Assembly: GCA_963795855.1 (NCBI GenBank) | Contig: CAWCIZ010000003.1 | Location: 352,001-416,000, forward strand | Origin: Vulcanimicrobiota bacterium | GTDB taxonomy: Bacteria; Vulcanimicrobiota; Vulcanimicrobiia; Vulcanimicrobiales; Vulcanimicrobiaceae | Length of the DNA: 64,000 nucleotides | Reading direction: 5' to 3' | Shown: in pieces, positions 42,840 through 52,357 of the stretch | Layout: each line of letters starts with the position of its first letter | How positions within the stretch are numbered: position 1 is the first letter of the stretch | The notes under the pieces: model-generated | Seen by the model: the letters and a program-made list of their open reading frames with translations, nothing else | The model's database searches: none | Told to the model about the DNA's origin: nothing | Made by a program: the position numbers and the translations under genes

Positions 42840-43467
42840 TTATTTCGGGAAGATGACGACGCGCCGTTCCGGTTCGACGCCTTCGGATTCGGTACGAACG
42901 TACTGGTTTTCCGCCAACGCGAGGTGGACGATCTTACGTTCCGAAGGAAGCATCGGATCCAAGCGCTGCGGTTTTTTCTCACGAATGCAGCGTTCGAGCG
43001 TAACCAGCGCGAGATTCTTCAGCTGGTCCGCGCGGCGGGCACGGTAGCCTTCCGCGTCGATCGTGTAGTATTTGCGGTTGCTCTTGACGCCGGCGTTCAG
43101 GATGTTGTTGAACACGAGGTTCAACGCTTCGAGCGTGTTGCCGTGGCGTCCGATCAGCATCGCGAGATCGGGCCCGTTCACTTCGAAGTATTCGCCCTCC
43201 GGCCGCGGCACATATTCGATCTCGACGTGCGGCACGCCCATTCGCGTGAGAATGTCTTCGAGCAAATCGCGCGCGCGGTTTCGCGGCTTCGGGCAATTCG
43301 GCTTTGACGCGAGGCGTTCGGGGAGCGTGGCCGTTCCCATTGCCGCGCTGCGCGCCTGCGGCGGGTGGCCGCCGTCTTGCGGTGCCGCCGCGCGGGCGGC
43401 GCGTGCCGGACTCACGATCGCGCACGTCGGCCGGCTGGTCTTCCAATTCGAAATCGTCTTCGAACAT
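42840..43467 (-). CDS. jag: Jag/KhpB (EloR) RNA-binding protein, KH + R3H (apparent frameshift near 43270)
   Basis: LIGRHGNTLEAL, YRARR, ERKIVH, TESEGVEPERRVVI; downstream of yidC. Confidence 0.88.
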
Positions 43468-43470
43468 CGC

Positions 43471-44331
43471 TTATCGTTTTGCGCCTTTCTTTTTCTTTGC
43501 GGGCTTGGATGTGCTGCCGATCTGCTTGCGAGCACCGTTGGTGGCGACGGCCTTTTGCGGCTGCGCGTCTTGCGGAATGTCGGTGATCGCATGTTCGTTG
43601 TCGAGCACCGAGAGCGGCTGGTGATATCTCTTGAGCAAATAAAACTGCTGACCCATGGTGAAAACGTTGTACGAAAACCAGTACAGCACCATCGCCGACG
43701 GCCACTTCCACTGAAAGCCGAAGTACCCGAGCATGATCGGCGAGAACCACGCCATGAGTTTTTGCGTCTGCGCCTGCTGCGGATCGGTCGACGGCATCGT
43801 CGCGTAGCGCGAGAAGAGATACATCGAAACCATGTAGAGCAGCAGCAGCGGCAGGTCCGGCAACGCCAAGCTGGCCGCGAGCAGCGGCGCTTTCCAGACC
43901 GGCAGAACGGGCAAATGCTGCGTGAACGCAGAGCCGATCCACACCCAATGCTCGTTGCTGTACAGTTTTTTCTGCTGCAGCACCGCCCAGTAGACGCTGA
44001 TGATGAACGGATACTGCACGAGCATCGGCCAGCAGCCGGCGAGCGGGTTCGCGCCGTTTTTGCGATACAGCTCCATCGTTTCTTTTTGATAGCGCTGCGG
44101 ATCGCTCTTGCCGAATTTCTCTTGCATCCGTTTGAGCTGCGGCGCCAGCTGCTGCATCTTGATCATGGCCATGAACTGCTTGGAGTTGAGCGGCCAGAAC
44201 ACCAATTTCAGCGCGAGCGCGAAGATGACCAGGCTCCATCCGCGGTTGTGAACCACCAAATTGATGCCGCCGACCACGTAGTTGACGGCAAAAACGATGG
44301 GATCGAGCCATGAGGCGAGGATCAGGTGCAA
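43471..44331 (-). CDS. yidC: Membrane protein insertase YidC (short form)
   Basis: MQQLAPQLKRMQEK, ELYRKNGANPLAGCWPMLVQYP, VLYW...QQ. Confidence 0.93.
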   Translation of the reverse strand: MHLILASWLDPIVFAVNYVVGGINLVVHNRGWSLVIFALALKLVFWPLNSKQFMAMIKMQQLAPQLKRMQEKFGKSDPQRYQKETMELYRKNGANPLAGCWPMLVQYPFIISVYWAVLQQKKLYSNEHWVWIGSAFTQHLPVLPVWKAPLLAASLALPDLPLLLLYMVSMYLFSRYATMPSTDPQQAQTQKLMAWFSPIMLGYFGFQWKWPSAMVLYWFSYNVFTMGQQFYLLKRYHQPLSVLDNEHAITDIPQDAQPQKAVATNGARKQIGSTSKPAKKKKGAKR

Positions 44332-44334
44332 AGG

Positions 44335-44550
44335 TTACCTTTCCGGGACCGGATCGAAGCCGCCGGGATGCAGCGGCGTACATTTGACGAGGCGTTTCGC
44401 GGCGAGAATACCGCCGCGCGCCAGCCCGTGTTTCGCGATAGCCTGCGCGGCGTACTCCGAGCAAGTCGGATAGAAACGGCAGGCGGGCGGAAGAAGCGGG
44501 GAAATCAGCCGTTTATACGCGCGCAGCCCAAAAACGATCGCGGGCCGCAT
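44335..44550 (-). CDS. yidD: Membrane protein insertion efficiency factor
   Basis: [23 protein letters not shown]...[14 protein letters not shown]. Confidence 0.95.
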   Translation of the reverse strand: MRPAIVFGLRAYKRLISPLLPPACRFYPTCSEYAAQAIAKHGLARGGILAAKRLVKCTPLHPGGFDPVPER

Positions 44551-44871
44551 CAGCCGAGGGCCCGGCGCACTTCGCCGCACAGATCGCCGTACGAGAGGTT
44601 GCGCGGCCGAAGGCCGGGCGACGATCAGCAGACGCATGCGCGTCGCGGGATCGAGCAGTTCTTGGAGCAAGGCTGAAAGGCGGCGGCGGAGCCGATTGCG
44701 CACGACGGCGTTGCCGACGTTTTTCGAAACCGTGATGCCGACGAGCGGACGCTCGTCGTGCGAGGCGCCGTCCGCCCGGTAGAACGCGAGATTCGCGGTC
44801 GCAGTTCGCCGGCCGCGCTGGCGCAGGCGGCTGAAGTCGGCCGTGCGGCGCAGGCTGGCGAAGGATCGCAT
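44550..44871 (-). CDS. rnpA: Ribonuclease P protein component (apparent frameshift near 44595)
   Basis: [28 protein letters not shown]. Confidence 0.92.
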
Positions 44872-45005
44872 CAGACCGTCAGGCGCTTGCGGCCCTTCTT
44901 GCGGCGGGCGTTGATGACGCGGCGGCCATTCTTGGTGGCCATTCGCTCGAGAAAGCCGTGCACGCGTTTGCGACGGCGGTTGTGCGGCTGGAACGTCCGC
45001 TTCAT
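44871..45005 (-). CDS. rpmH: 50S ribosomal protein L34
   Basis: Read from the sequence: [44 protein letters not shown]. Confidence 0.97.
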   Translation of the reverse strand: MKRTFQPHNRRRKRVHGFLERMATKNGRRVINARRKKGRKRLTV

Positions 45006-45064
45006 GGCGCTCGAAATCTCCTAGAAGAAAATGGCCGCGGAATGAGCGGCACACACAGCCACTT

Positions 45065-45094
45065 AGTATAGGACCCCGTAAGCCGGAGCGTCAA
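45065..45094 (-). promoter_or_regulatory. Sigma70-type promoter of the rpmH operon
   Basis: Minus strand TTGACG (45094-45089), 18 bp spacer, TATACT (45070-45065). Confidence 0.65.
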
Positions 45095-45154
45095 GCGCCG
45101 CGAGTCAAACCCCGCCCGCAGGCCCGCGCCGCGCCGGCCAAAGTGGGCGGCCGG

Positions 45155-45345
45155 GCACTCTCTCCACACGTGTGGAAAACGCTGTGGAAATCCCCTGCGC
45201 GGCGCACCCGCCGAATGAGCGAAAAAGCCCGGTTTTCCGCACGTTTTCCGGCTTGTCAAGAGCCGCGCGCCGCTTGGGGTGAATGCGCGAAATCCCGCGT
45301 AAAATGGGGGGTTTTTCACCTGTGGATAAGTGGATAAAAAAAGGC
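45155..45345. other. oriC part 1: DnaA-box cluster upstream of dnaA
   Basis: Perfect box TGTGGATAA 45321-45329, AGTGGATAA 45329-45337, TGTGGAAAA 45171-45179, TGTGGAAAT 45183-45191. Confidence 0.8.
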
Positions 45346-45476
45346 GCCGAATTTCCGCAGGATAGGACCCTGATTAAGCCAATTCCGGCGCCTCCCATGC
45401 TCGGGGTGACGCCTGGCGACTTTCGTCTGAGCGCCGCTCGAAATGCTACTTACTCACTCGACAAGGACGATTCAGG

Positions 45477-46853
45477 ATGGCGCTTGTGGTTGGCAATCCG
45501 GACATCTCGAACGAACTCTGGCAATCCGCATTGGCCGCGCTGGAGCGCAAATTTTCGAAACCGATCTTCGAGATGTGGATCAAGCCGCTGCGGCTGGTTT
45601 CCCTGACCGGCGACGAGCTGCTTCTGGCGGTACAAAACAACTTCGCGCGGGATTGGGTCGAAAACCGGCTCAAGAGCCAAATCTCCGAGGTGCTGAGCGA
45701 GATTTTCGGCACCGGCGTGCTGGTGCAGTTCACCGTGGTGCCCGAAGCTGCCGATGGCGGCCACACCGCGGCCGCGCCTGCCGTTCCCGCTCGCCTCCGG
45801 AGTGCGCGCCCAAAACGATTTCCGGCCGGGAAATCTCAACTCGCGCTACACCTTTGAAGAGTTCGTCATCGGCAACTCCAACCGGTTCGCGCATGCGGCG
45901 GCGCAAGCCGTGGCGGCGGCGCCGGCTCGCGCTTACAATCCGCTGTTCCTCTACGGCGGCGTGGGCCTGGGCAAAACCCACTTGATGCACGCCATCGGCC
46001 ATCGCGTGCTGCAGGATAATCCCGAAGCCAACGTCGTCTACGTTTCGAGCGAGAAATTCACGAACGAATTCATCATCGCCGTGCAAAACAACAAGACGGT
46101 CGAGTTCCGCAACAAGTACCGTCTGGTCGACGTGCTTACTGATCGACGACATCCAGTTCTTGGAGGGCAAGGAAGGAACGCAAGAAGAGTTCTTCCATAC
46201 CTTCAACGCGCTGCATGAATCCGGACGGCAATTGGTGATATCGAGCGACCGTCCGCCGAAAGAGATTCAAACGCTGGAAAACCGCCTGCGCTCGCGTTTC
46301 GAGTGGGGCTTGCTCACGGACATTCAGCCGCCGGATCTCGAAACGCGCGAAGCGATTCTGCGTAAGAAGGCCGAGTCGGAAAAAATTCCCGTGCCCGACG
46401 AAGTGACCTCGTTCATCGCGAAAGTCATTCCCTCCAATATTCGCGAACTCGAGGGCGCGCTGATTCGCGTCGTCGCATTTTCGTCGCTCACCAAGTCGCC
46501 AATCACCGTCGATCTTGCCGCCGAAGTGCTGAAGAACGCGGTGGCGCAAGCGCCGCTGCGCCGCGTGACGATCGCATCCGATCAAGGAGAAGATTGCCAA
46601 AGCGCACGGCCTGACGGTCAAGGAGATGGACAATCATCGCCGCGATCAGCGTGTCGCCGCGCCGCGCCAAATCGCGATGTTCGTCTGCACCGAACTCACG
46701 GACTGCTCGCTGCCGCACATCGCGCGCGAATTCAACAAGAAAGACCACACGACGGTCATGTACGCCCGGGACAAGGTCAAGGAACAGATGCAGCGCGACG
46801 AAGCCTATCGCAACAAGATTCGATCGCTCATCGCGCTTTGTCAGAGCGACTAA
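45477..46853 (+). CDS. dnaA: Chromosomal replication initiator DnaA (apparent frameshifts near 45795, 46138, 46578)
   Basis: [67 protein letters not shown]. Confidence 0.96.
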
Positions 46854-46867
46854 CACGGAGGCTTTCG

Positions 46868-46896
46868 AACGGTCCGGTCACTCCGGGCCGTTTTCT
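46868..46896 (+). terminator. Possible terminator after dnaA
   Basis: AACGGTCCGG-TCACT-CCGGGCCGTT hairpin followed by TTCTC. Confidence 0.5.
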
Positions 46897-46899
46897 CTG

Positions 46900-47112
46900 C
46901 GCGCTTTCATTTGTACACGCTCTGCTGCACAGGGCGCACCCGGAAGCGTGGATAAGTGTCCCGCGGCGCGCGGGGGTGCAGATGTGTACGGCCGTCCCGG
47001 GGTCATGCACAGGTTGTGCGGGCCGAAAAACCGCGCAGTAACGAGAGAATCGGCGGTTGTTCGCAGAATACACCGCCTTACTACTAATACGGTTATCTTT
47101 GTAATTAAAAAA
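46900..47112. other. oriC part 2: DnaA boxes, DnaA-trios and AT-rich unwinding region
   Basis: CGTGGATAA 46947-46955; degenerate tandem boxes 47057-47074, GCC, then TTA CTA CTA ATA (47078-47089) and AT-rich TTATCTTTGTAATTAAAAAA. Confidence 0.7.
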
Positions 47113-47147
47113 GAGCGGCGACGCGCCGGACGCGAAGTGGAGAACTC

Positions 47148-48263
47148 GTGAAGTTTACCTGCAATACGAAAGACATCGCCGGCGCGGTAGGTGCCGCGAG
47201 CAAGGTCGTCAACGCCCACACCACGGTGCCGATCCTTTCAAACGTGCTGCTCAGCGCGGAGGAAGGCAAAATCGCGGTGCGCGCTACCGACCTCGAACTG
47301 ACCTTGCAGCACGCCTTCTCGGCGGAAGTCAGCGAGTCGGGCAGCGTCACCGTCCCGGCCAAACTGTTCAGCAGTTATCTAAGCAACCTGCAGGCGGGGC
47401 TTCTCGAGTTGACCGGCACGCCGACGCGCGCGAGCATCAAGGCCGAGCGCAGCAATTACGACTTCCACGCCCTCCCAGCCGACGAATATCCGCCGCTTCC
47501 GGCGGCCCAGCGCGGCCAGCATTTCAAAATCGGCGGCAAACGCTTTCGCGACGGGGTGAACGCGACGATCTTCGCGGCATCGAGCGAAGAAGCGCGCGGC
47601 GCGGTGCTGATGGGCACGCTGCTCGAAATCGAGGGCGATTCGCTGACGATGGTGGCGACCGACGGATACCGGCTCGCACGCTACCAAACGACGCTCGAGA
47701 GCGGCATTTCGGGCGCCGAGAAGTACATCGTGCCGTCTCGGGCGCTCGCCGAAGCCTCGCGTAACTTGGGCGGCTCGGAGAGCGTCGAAGTAACCGCGCT
47801 CGGCGCGCAGAGCAACCAATTGATGTTCGCAGGCGGCGACATTTCGATCGTTGTGCGTCTGGTCGACGGACAATATCCCAATTACGGACAAGTCATACCG
47901 TCGAAGTTCGATCGCTCGGTCACGGTCAATACGGCCGCGCTCATCGGCGCTCTTCGCCGGGCGGAATTGGTCGCGGGCGATCGCGCGAGCATGGTGAAAC
48001 TCTCGGCTGCGAATCAAACGCTCATCGTAACCGCGAGCTCCGACGTCTCCGGCAACGCATATGAGGAACTCGAAGTCGAGCAGCAGGGTGAAGACCTGAC
48101 CATTGCCTTCAACGCGCGCTATCTCGTCGAAATCCTCAACCACATCGATTCCGCGCAAACGGTCATGGAGTTTCTCGGGCCGCTCTCGCCCGCGGCAATT
48201 CGCCCGGTCGAGCCGCTCGAGAGCGCGCAGCAGCTCTATGTGCTGATGCCGCTGCGCCAGTAG
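47148..48263 (+). CDS. dnaN: DNA polymerase III beta sliding clamp
   Basis: PILSNVLL, ATDLE, VATDGYRLA, RLVDGQYPNY, IAFNARYL, VLMPLR. Confidence 0.96.
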   Translation: MKFTCNTKDIAGAVGAASKVVNAHTTVPILSNVLLSAEEGKIAVRATDLELTLQHAFSAEVSESGSVTVPAKLFSSYLSNLQAGLLELTGTPTRASIKAERSNYDFHALPADEYPPLPAAQRGQHFKIGGKRFRDGVNATIFAASSEEARGAVLMGTLLEIEGDSLTMVATDGYRLARYQTTLESGISGAEKYIVPSRALAEASRNLGGSESVEVTALGAQSNQLMFAGGDISIVVRLVDGQYPNYGQVIPSKFDRSVTVNTAALIGALRRAELVAGDRASMVKLSAANQTLIVTASSDVSGNAYEELEVEQQGEDLTIAFNARYLVEILNHIDSAQTVMEFLGPLSPAAIRPVEPLESAQQLYVLMPLRQ

Positions 48264-48284
48264 TGACGCGCGCCGGCGCGCCGC

Positions 48285-49409
48285 ATGCTGTTGAAATCGC
48301 TGCACCTTTCCAACGTGCGTAACTACGCGCAGCTCGAACTCGAGCCCGGCGCCGGCCTCAACGTGTTCGTCGGCCGCAACGCGCAAGGCAAGAGCAATCT
48401 TCTGGAATCGATCTCGCTGCTCGGAACGGGCAAATCCTTTCGCACGTCGCGCGAACGGGATCTCATCCGCGAAGGCTTCGAACTCGCCGCGATTTCCGGA
48501 GAGGCGCGCGTGCGCGCGGGCGACGTGCGTTTGGGATGCACGGTTGCCGCGACGCCTCGTGGAACGCGCAAAGTGTACACGGTAAACCGGCAAAGCCTGC
48601 GCTATGCGAAGTTTTTGGGGAACCTGCGCGTCGTGACGTTCGTTCCCGCGGACTTGCAACTGGTGAGCGGCGCTCCGGCGCTTCGCCGTTCGTTCCTGAA
48701 CGGATCTCTCGCGCAGGAACAGCGGACGTATTACCACGATCTCGCCCGCTATCAGAAAGCGCTGGCACAAAAATCCGCGCTGCTGCGCAGCGGCGAGGAG
48801 CCGGACAACGAGCTGCTCGCGATTTACAACGAAACGCTGATTGACGCAGGGACGAAGATCATGCTCGCCCGCGAGCAATTCGTGCGAATCTTGAGCGCTG
48901 CCGCCTCACGCGTTCACGCGCAGTGGAGCGCGGGCGGCGAGCACTTCGAGGCGGAGTACCGCCCCAGCGTGGCCTTTGAGGTTCCGAGCGAGGAAAGCAT
49001 CGCCGGCGCTTTTGGAGCGCAGCTGAAGGCGCTTGCCGCGCAGGAACGCGCGCGGCAGATGAGTCTTGCCGGCCCGCATCGCGACGATCTGGATCTGCGG
49101 TTGAATGGGCGTTCGCTTGCAGCATATGGATCGCAGGGTCAGCAGCGCACGGCGGTACTTGCGCTGAAAGTCGCCGAATACACGGTTATGCACGAACGCT
49201 CCGGCGAGGCGCCGCTGTTACTGCTCGACGACGTTCTTTCGGAACTGGATCCGCAACGCGCGCAGGCGTTCCTCGACGGCGTCGGCGGCTTCGAGCAGGC
49301 GTTCATCACCGCGACGCACATGCCGGAAGGGCTTCCGGACTCACGCCTTTACAGCATCGAAAACGCGCAAGTCCGACTTTGCGGCGCCCTCGGGGAGAGT
49401 TTGTGCTAG
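48285..49409 (+). CDS. recF: DNA replication/repair protein RecF
   Basis: GRNAQGKSNLLE, GPHRDDL, GSQGQQR, LLLDDVLSELD. Confidence 0.96.
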   Translation: MLLKSLHLSNVRNYAQLELEPGAGLNVFVGRNAQGKSNLLESISLLGTGKSFRTSRERDLIREGFELAAISGEARVRAGDVRLGCTVAATPRGTRKVYTVNRQSLRYAKFLGNLRVVTFVPADLQLVSGAPALRRSFLNGSLAQEQRTYYHDLARYQKALAQKSALLRSGEEPDNELLAIYNETLIDAGTKIMLAREQFVRILSAAASRVHAQWSAGGEHFEAEYRPSVAFEVPSEESIAGAFGAQLKALAAQERARQMSLAGPHRDDLDLRLNGRSLAAYGSQGQQRTAVLALKVAEYTVMHERSGEAPLLLLDDVLSELDPQRAQAFLDGVGGFEQAFITATHMPEGLPDSRLYSIENAQVRLCGALGESLC

Positions 49410-49546
49410 CAGTGCGTTCTCGCGCCATGAATTTTTGGGGGCCCCACGCAGCGGCCGTTCCCGTTGCACCTCGTGTGCGGAACGGCAGGCTCACATCCTG
49501 TTCGCTCGGGGGCGCGCAGGCTGGGCCGGAGCGCCTTTCAAAATGA
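49364..49546 (+). repeat. Diverged copy of the palindromic element found at 8445-8796 (opposite strand, same orientation relative to transcription)
   Basis: 23-bp exact match GCGGCGCCCTCGGGGAGAGTTTG (49381-49403) plus GCGCCATGA, TGGGGGCCCC and GGGGGCGCG..GCGCCTTT..AATGA blocks in the same order. Confidence 0.9.
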
Positions 49547-50379
49547 AGCCCCTCGCGCGCGTCTTGACCGGGTGGAAACCCCAAGCCGAAGAAACTTCGG
49601 ACCCGCTTTTCGTGTTGCAGAGTGAGTGGGCCGCGATCGTCGGCGCTGACGTCGCCGCACAAACGCGACCTGCGGAAATCGTTCGCGATTCCCTCGTCGT
49701 GGTCACGCGCTCCGGAGCGTGGAGCCAGCAGCTCGCCTTTTTGAGCGAGCGGGTTCTCGCGGCCGTGCAAAAGCGCGCGGGCATAACGATTCGAGGCCTG
49801 CGTTTTCGCGTGGGCCGTATTCGCGAGAATGCCGCGCCGCGCGGCGCACGCACCGGCCGCAACCCGCGCCTCAAAACGCAAGCGCGCGTGTTGGACGAAG
49901 CTCCCACGCTGCAAGCCGCGATCGAACGTTTTCGGACGGACGTTGCGGCGGCTCAGCGGGCGAAAGAGCGTGCCGGGTGGAAAGAATGTCTTCGGTGCGG
50001 CGCGCGGACTCATACGTCGTCAGGGTCTTTCTGCGTGCCCTGCGCCATCGCGCACGCACAGGACCGGGATGCGCAAGTGGCGCGGCTGCTGTTCGAGGCA
50101 CCATGGCTCGGCTACCAAGGTATTGCGCCGCTCGTAAAGGGGCTCACGCCGCAAGACTACGAGGCCGTGCGTCTGCGGCTGCTTCGGCGCTGGAAGGATA
50201 CGCTCGAACGAATCCGGCGCTCGGCCCGGCCGCGCGTGACGATGCGCGATCGCTCTATCGCGAGTTCGTACGTGCTGCTCAAGAGTCAACTCGAACCCGA
50301 TCGCATTGCGCCGGCCGTCGTGCGCGATCTGCTCGGTGACGAGTTGCACGATATTTTTTACGGAAACGAGAACAGTTAG
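49543..50379 (+). CDS. DUF721/DciA-like protein with C-terminal zinc ribbon and extension
   Basis: W..IVG.DVAAQTRP, LVV...SGAWSQQL, LRFRVG; CLRC...CVPC; conserved position between recF and gyrB. Confidence 0.8.
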   Translation: MKPLARVLTGWKPQAEETSDPLFVLQSEWAAIVGADVAAQTRPAEIVRDSLVVVTRSGAWSQQLAFLSERVLAAVQKRAGITIRGLRFRVGRIRENAAPRGARTGRNPRLKTQARVLDEAPTLQAAIERFRTDVAAAQRAKERAGWKECLRCGARTHTSSGSFCVPCAIAHAQDRDAQVARLLFEAPWLGYQGIAPLVKGLTPQDYEAVRLRLLRRWKDTLERIRRSARPRVTMRDRSIASSYVLLKSQLEPDRIAPAVVRDLLGDELHDIFYGNENS

Positions 50380-50385
50380 GAAAGA

Positions 50386-52290
50386 ATGGCAACGAATTAC
50401 GGCGCGGAACAAATCGAAGTCCTCAAGGGGCTCGAAGCGGTCCGCAAGCGCCCCGGCATGTATATCGGCAATACCGCGGAACGCGGGCTGCATCAGCTCG
50501 TGTACGAGGCGGTCGACAACGCCGTCGACGAAGCGCTTGCCGGATACGCGAAAAACATCAAGGTCGTTCTGTACAAGGACGGCGCGTGTTCCGTAGAGGA
50601 CGACGGCCGCGGCATTCCGGTCGACGTGCACGCCGAAGAGAAGATGCCCGCAGTCGAAGTGATCATGACGATCCTGCACGCCGGCGGTAAGTTCGGCAAA
50701 GGCGGCTATAAAGTATCGGGCGGTCTGCACGGCGTGGGTATTTCGGTGGTCAACGCGCTCTCGTCACACATGACCACGCGCGTGAAGCGCGACGGGAACG
50801 TGTACGAAATCAAATTCGAGCGCGGCCTCACTACGCAAAAACTCAAAAAGGTCGGCAAGACCTCGGAAGACGACAGCGGCTCGTACCAATGGTTCATGCC
50901 CGACAAGGAGGTGTTCGAGGTCACCGAGTTCCATTGGGACGTCCTGGCAAAACGTCTGCGTGAACTCGCATTCCTCAATCGCGGGCTGTCGATCACGTTG
51001 CACGACGAACGCCAAGACCCGGTGCGGGAGCGCACGTTCAAGTTCGACGGCGGCATCATCTCGTTCGTGCAGTGGCTCAACGAGAAGAAGGATCCGATTC
51101 ACCCGGAACCGATCTCGACGCACAACGAGCGCGACGGCGTTGACGTTGAAGTCGCGATGCAGTGGACCGACACTTACTCCGAGATCATCTCGTCGTACGC
51201 GAACAACATCAACACGATCGAGGGCGGCATGCACCTCACCGGTTTTCGCACGGCGATCAGCAACGCGGTGAACAGTTACGCGAAGAAACGCGGCATGCTC
51301 AAGGAATCCGAAAGCAATCTGTCTACCGACGACTGCATGGAAGGACTCACGGCGGTCGTCTCCGTGAAACTCGCCGAGCCGCAGTTCGAAGGCCAGACCA
51401 AGACCAAGCTCGGCAATGCCAGCGTGCGCAACATCGTGTACGGGCTGGTGAATGAACGCCTCGAGTTCTTCTTCGAGGAGACTCCGAAGTACGCGCGCGC
51501 GATTATCGACAAGTGCATGCAAGCGCAGCGGGCCCGCGAAGCGGCGAAGAAAGCGCGCGACTTGTCGCGCCGCAAGAACGCGCTGGAAGGTTCGGGACTG
51601 CCCGGCAAACTCGTCGACTGCAAAAACAACAACCCGGCCGAGAGCGAAATCTTCCTGGTCGAAGGCGACTCCGCCGGCGGAACCGCCAAGGGCGGACGCG
51701 ATCCGAACTCGCAAGCGATTCTGCCGCTCCGCGGCAAGATTCTCAACGTCGAAAAGGCGCGGCTGGACAAGGTGCTTTCGAACGAAGAGATCCGCACGAT
51801 GATCACGGCGTTCGGCACCGGCTTCGGCAGCGAGTTCGACGCGACGAAACTTCGATACCACAAGATCATCATCATGACGGACGCCGACGTGGACGGTTCG
51901 CACATCCGCACGCTGCTGCTCACGTTCTTCTACCGCCAGATGAAGCCGCTCGTGGAAGAAGGGTACGTGTACATCGCGCAGCCCCCGCTGTACGGCATCC
52001 GCAAAGGGAAAAAGCAGTGGTACGCGTTCAGCGACAACGAACTGCGATCGATCGTCGGCGAAGACGGTAAGGATTACGTCGTCCAGCAGTACAAGGGTCT
52101 GGGCGAAATGGACGCCGAGCAGCTCGCGGTGACGACGATGGAAGTCGGGAACCGCCGCTTGAAGCAAATCACGGTCGAAGATGCGGTCGAGGCCGAGCAG
52201 ATCTTCACGGATTTGATGGGTGACAAAGTGGAGCCGCGCAAGCAGTACATCTTCGACTTCGCGAAGTCGGTAAAGAACTTGGATTTGTAA
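50386..52290 (+). CDS. gyrB: DNA gyrase subunit B
   Basis: LKGLEAVRKRPGMYIG, DDGRGIP, GLHGVG, EGDSAGG, PLRGKILN, MTDADVDG, YKGLGEM. Confidence 0.97.
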   Translation: MATNYGAEQIEVLKGLEAVRKRPGMYIGNTAERGLHQLVYEAVDNAVDEALAGYAKNIKVVLYKDGACSVEDDGRGIPVDVHAEEKMPAVEVIMTILHAGGKFGKGGYKVSGGLHGVGISVVNALSSHMTTRVKRDGNVYEIKFERGLTTQKLKKVGKTSEDDSGSYQWFMPDKEVFEVTEFHWDVLAKRLRELAFLNRGLSITLHDERQDPVRERTFKFDGGIISFVQWLNEKKDPIHPEPISTHNERDGVDVEVAMQWTDTYSEIISSYANNINTIEGGMHLTGFRTAISNAVNSYAKKRGMLKESESNLSTDDCMEGLTAVVSVKLAEPQFEGQTKTKLGNASVRNIVYGLVNERLEFFFEETPKYARAIIDKCMQAQRAREAAKKARDLSRRKNALEGSGLPGKLVDCKNNNPAESEIFLVEGDSAGGTAKGGRDPNSQAILPLRGKILNVEKARLDKVLSNEEIRTMITAFGTGFGSEFDATKLRYHKIIIMTDADVDGSHIRTLLLTFFYRQMKPLVEEGYVYIAQPPLYGIRKGKKQWYAFSDNELRSIVGEDGKDYVVQQYKGLGEMDAEQLAVTTMEVGNRRLKQITVEDAVEAEQIFTDLMGDKVEPRKQYIFDFAKSVKNLDL

Positions 52291-52293
52291 ATG

Positions 52294-52323
52294 AGCCCCT
52301 CCGCGATGGAGGGGCTTCTTTTC
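52294..52323 (+). terminator. Intrinsic terminator after gyrB
   Basis: AGCCCCTCC-GCGAT-GGAGGGGCT followed by TCTTTT. Confidence 0.85.
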
Positions 52324-52357
52324 CCGCTCGGGGTATAACTCGCAGCGGAGGGACGGC

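Noticed and set aside
44335..45054. RnpA-YidD fusion ORF
   Set aside because: An apparent indel near 44595 joins two standard genes; a TGATG junction is present at 44552-44548.
45477..46853. dnaA pseudogene or programmed frameshifting
   Set aside because: Essential gene with intact motifs, no evident slippery sites, and window-wide indel noise.
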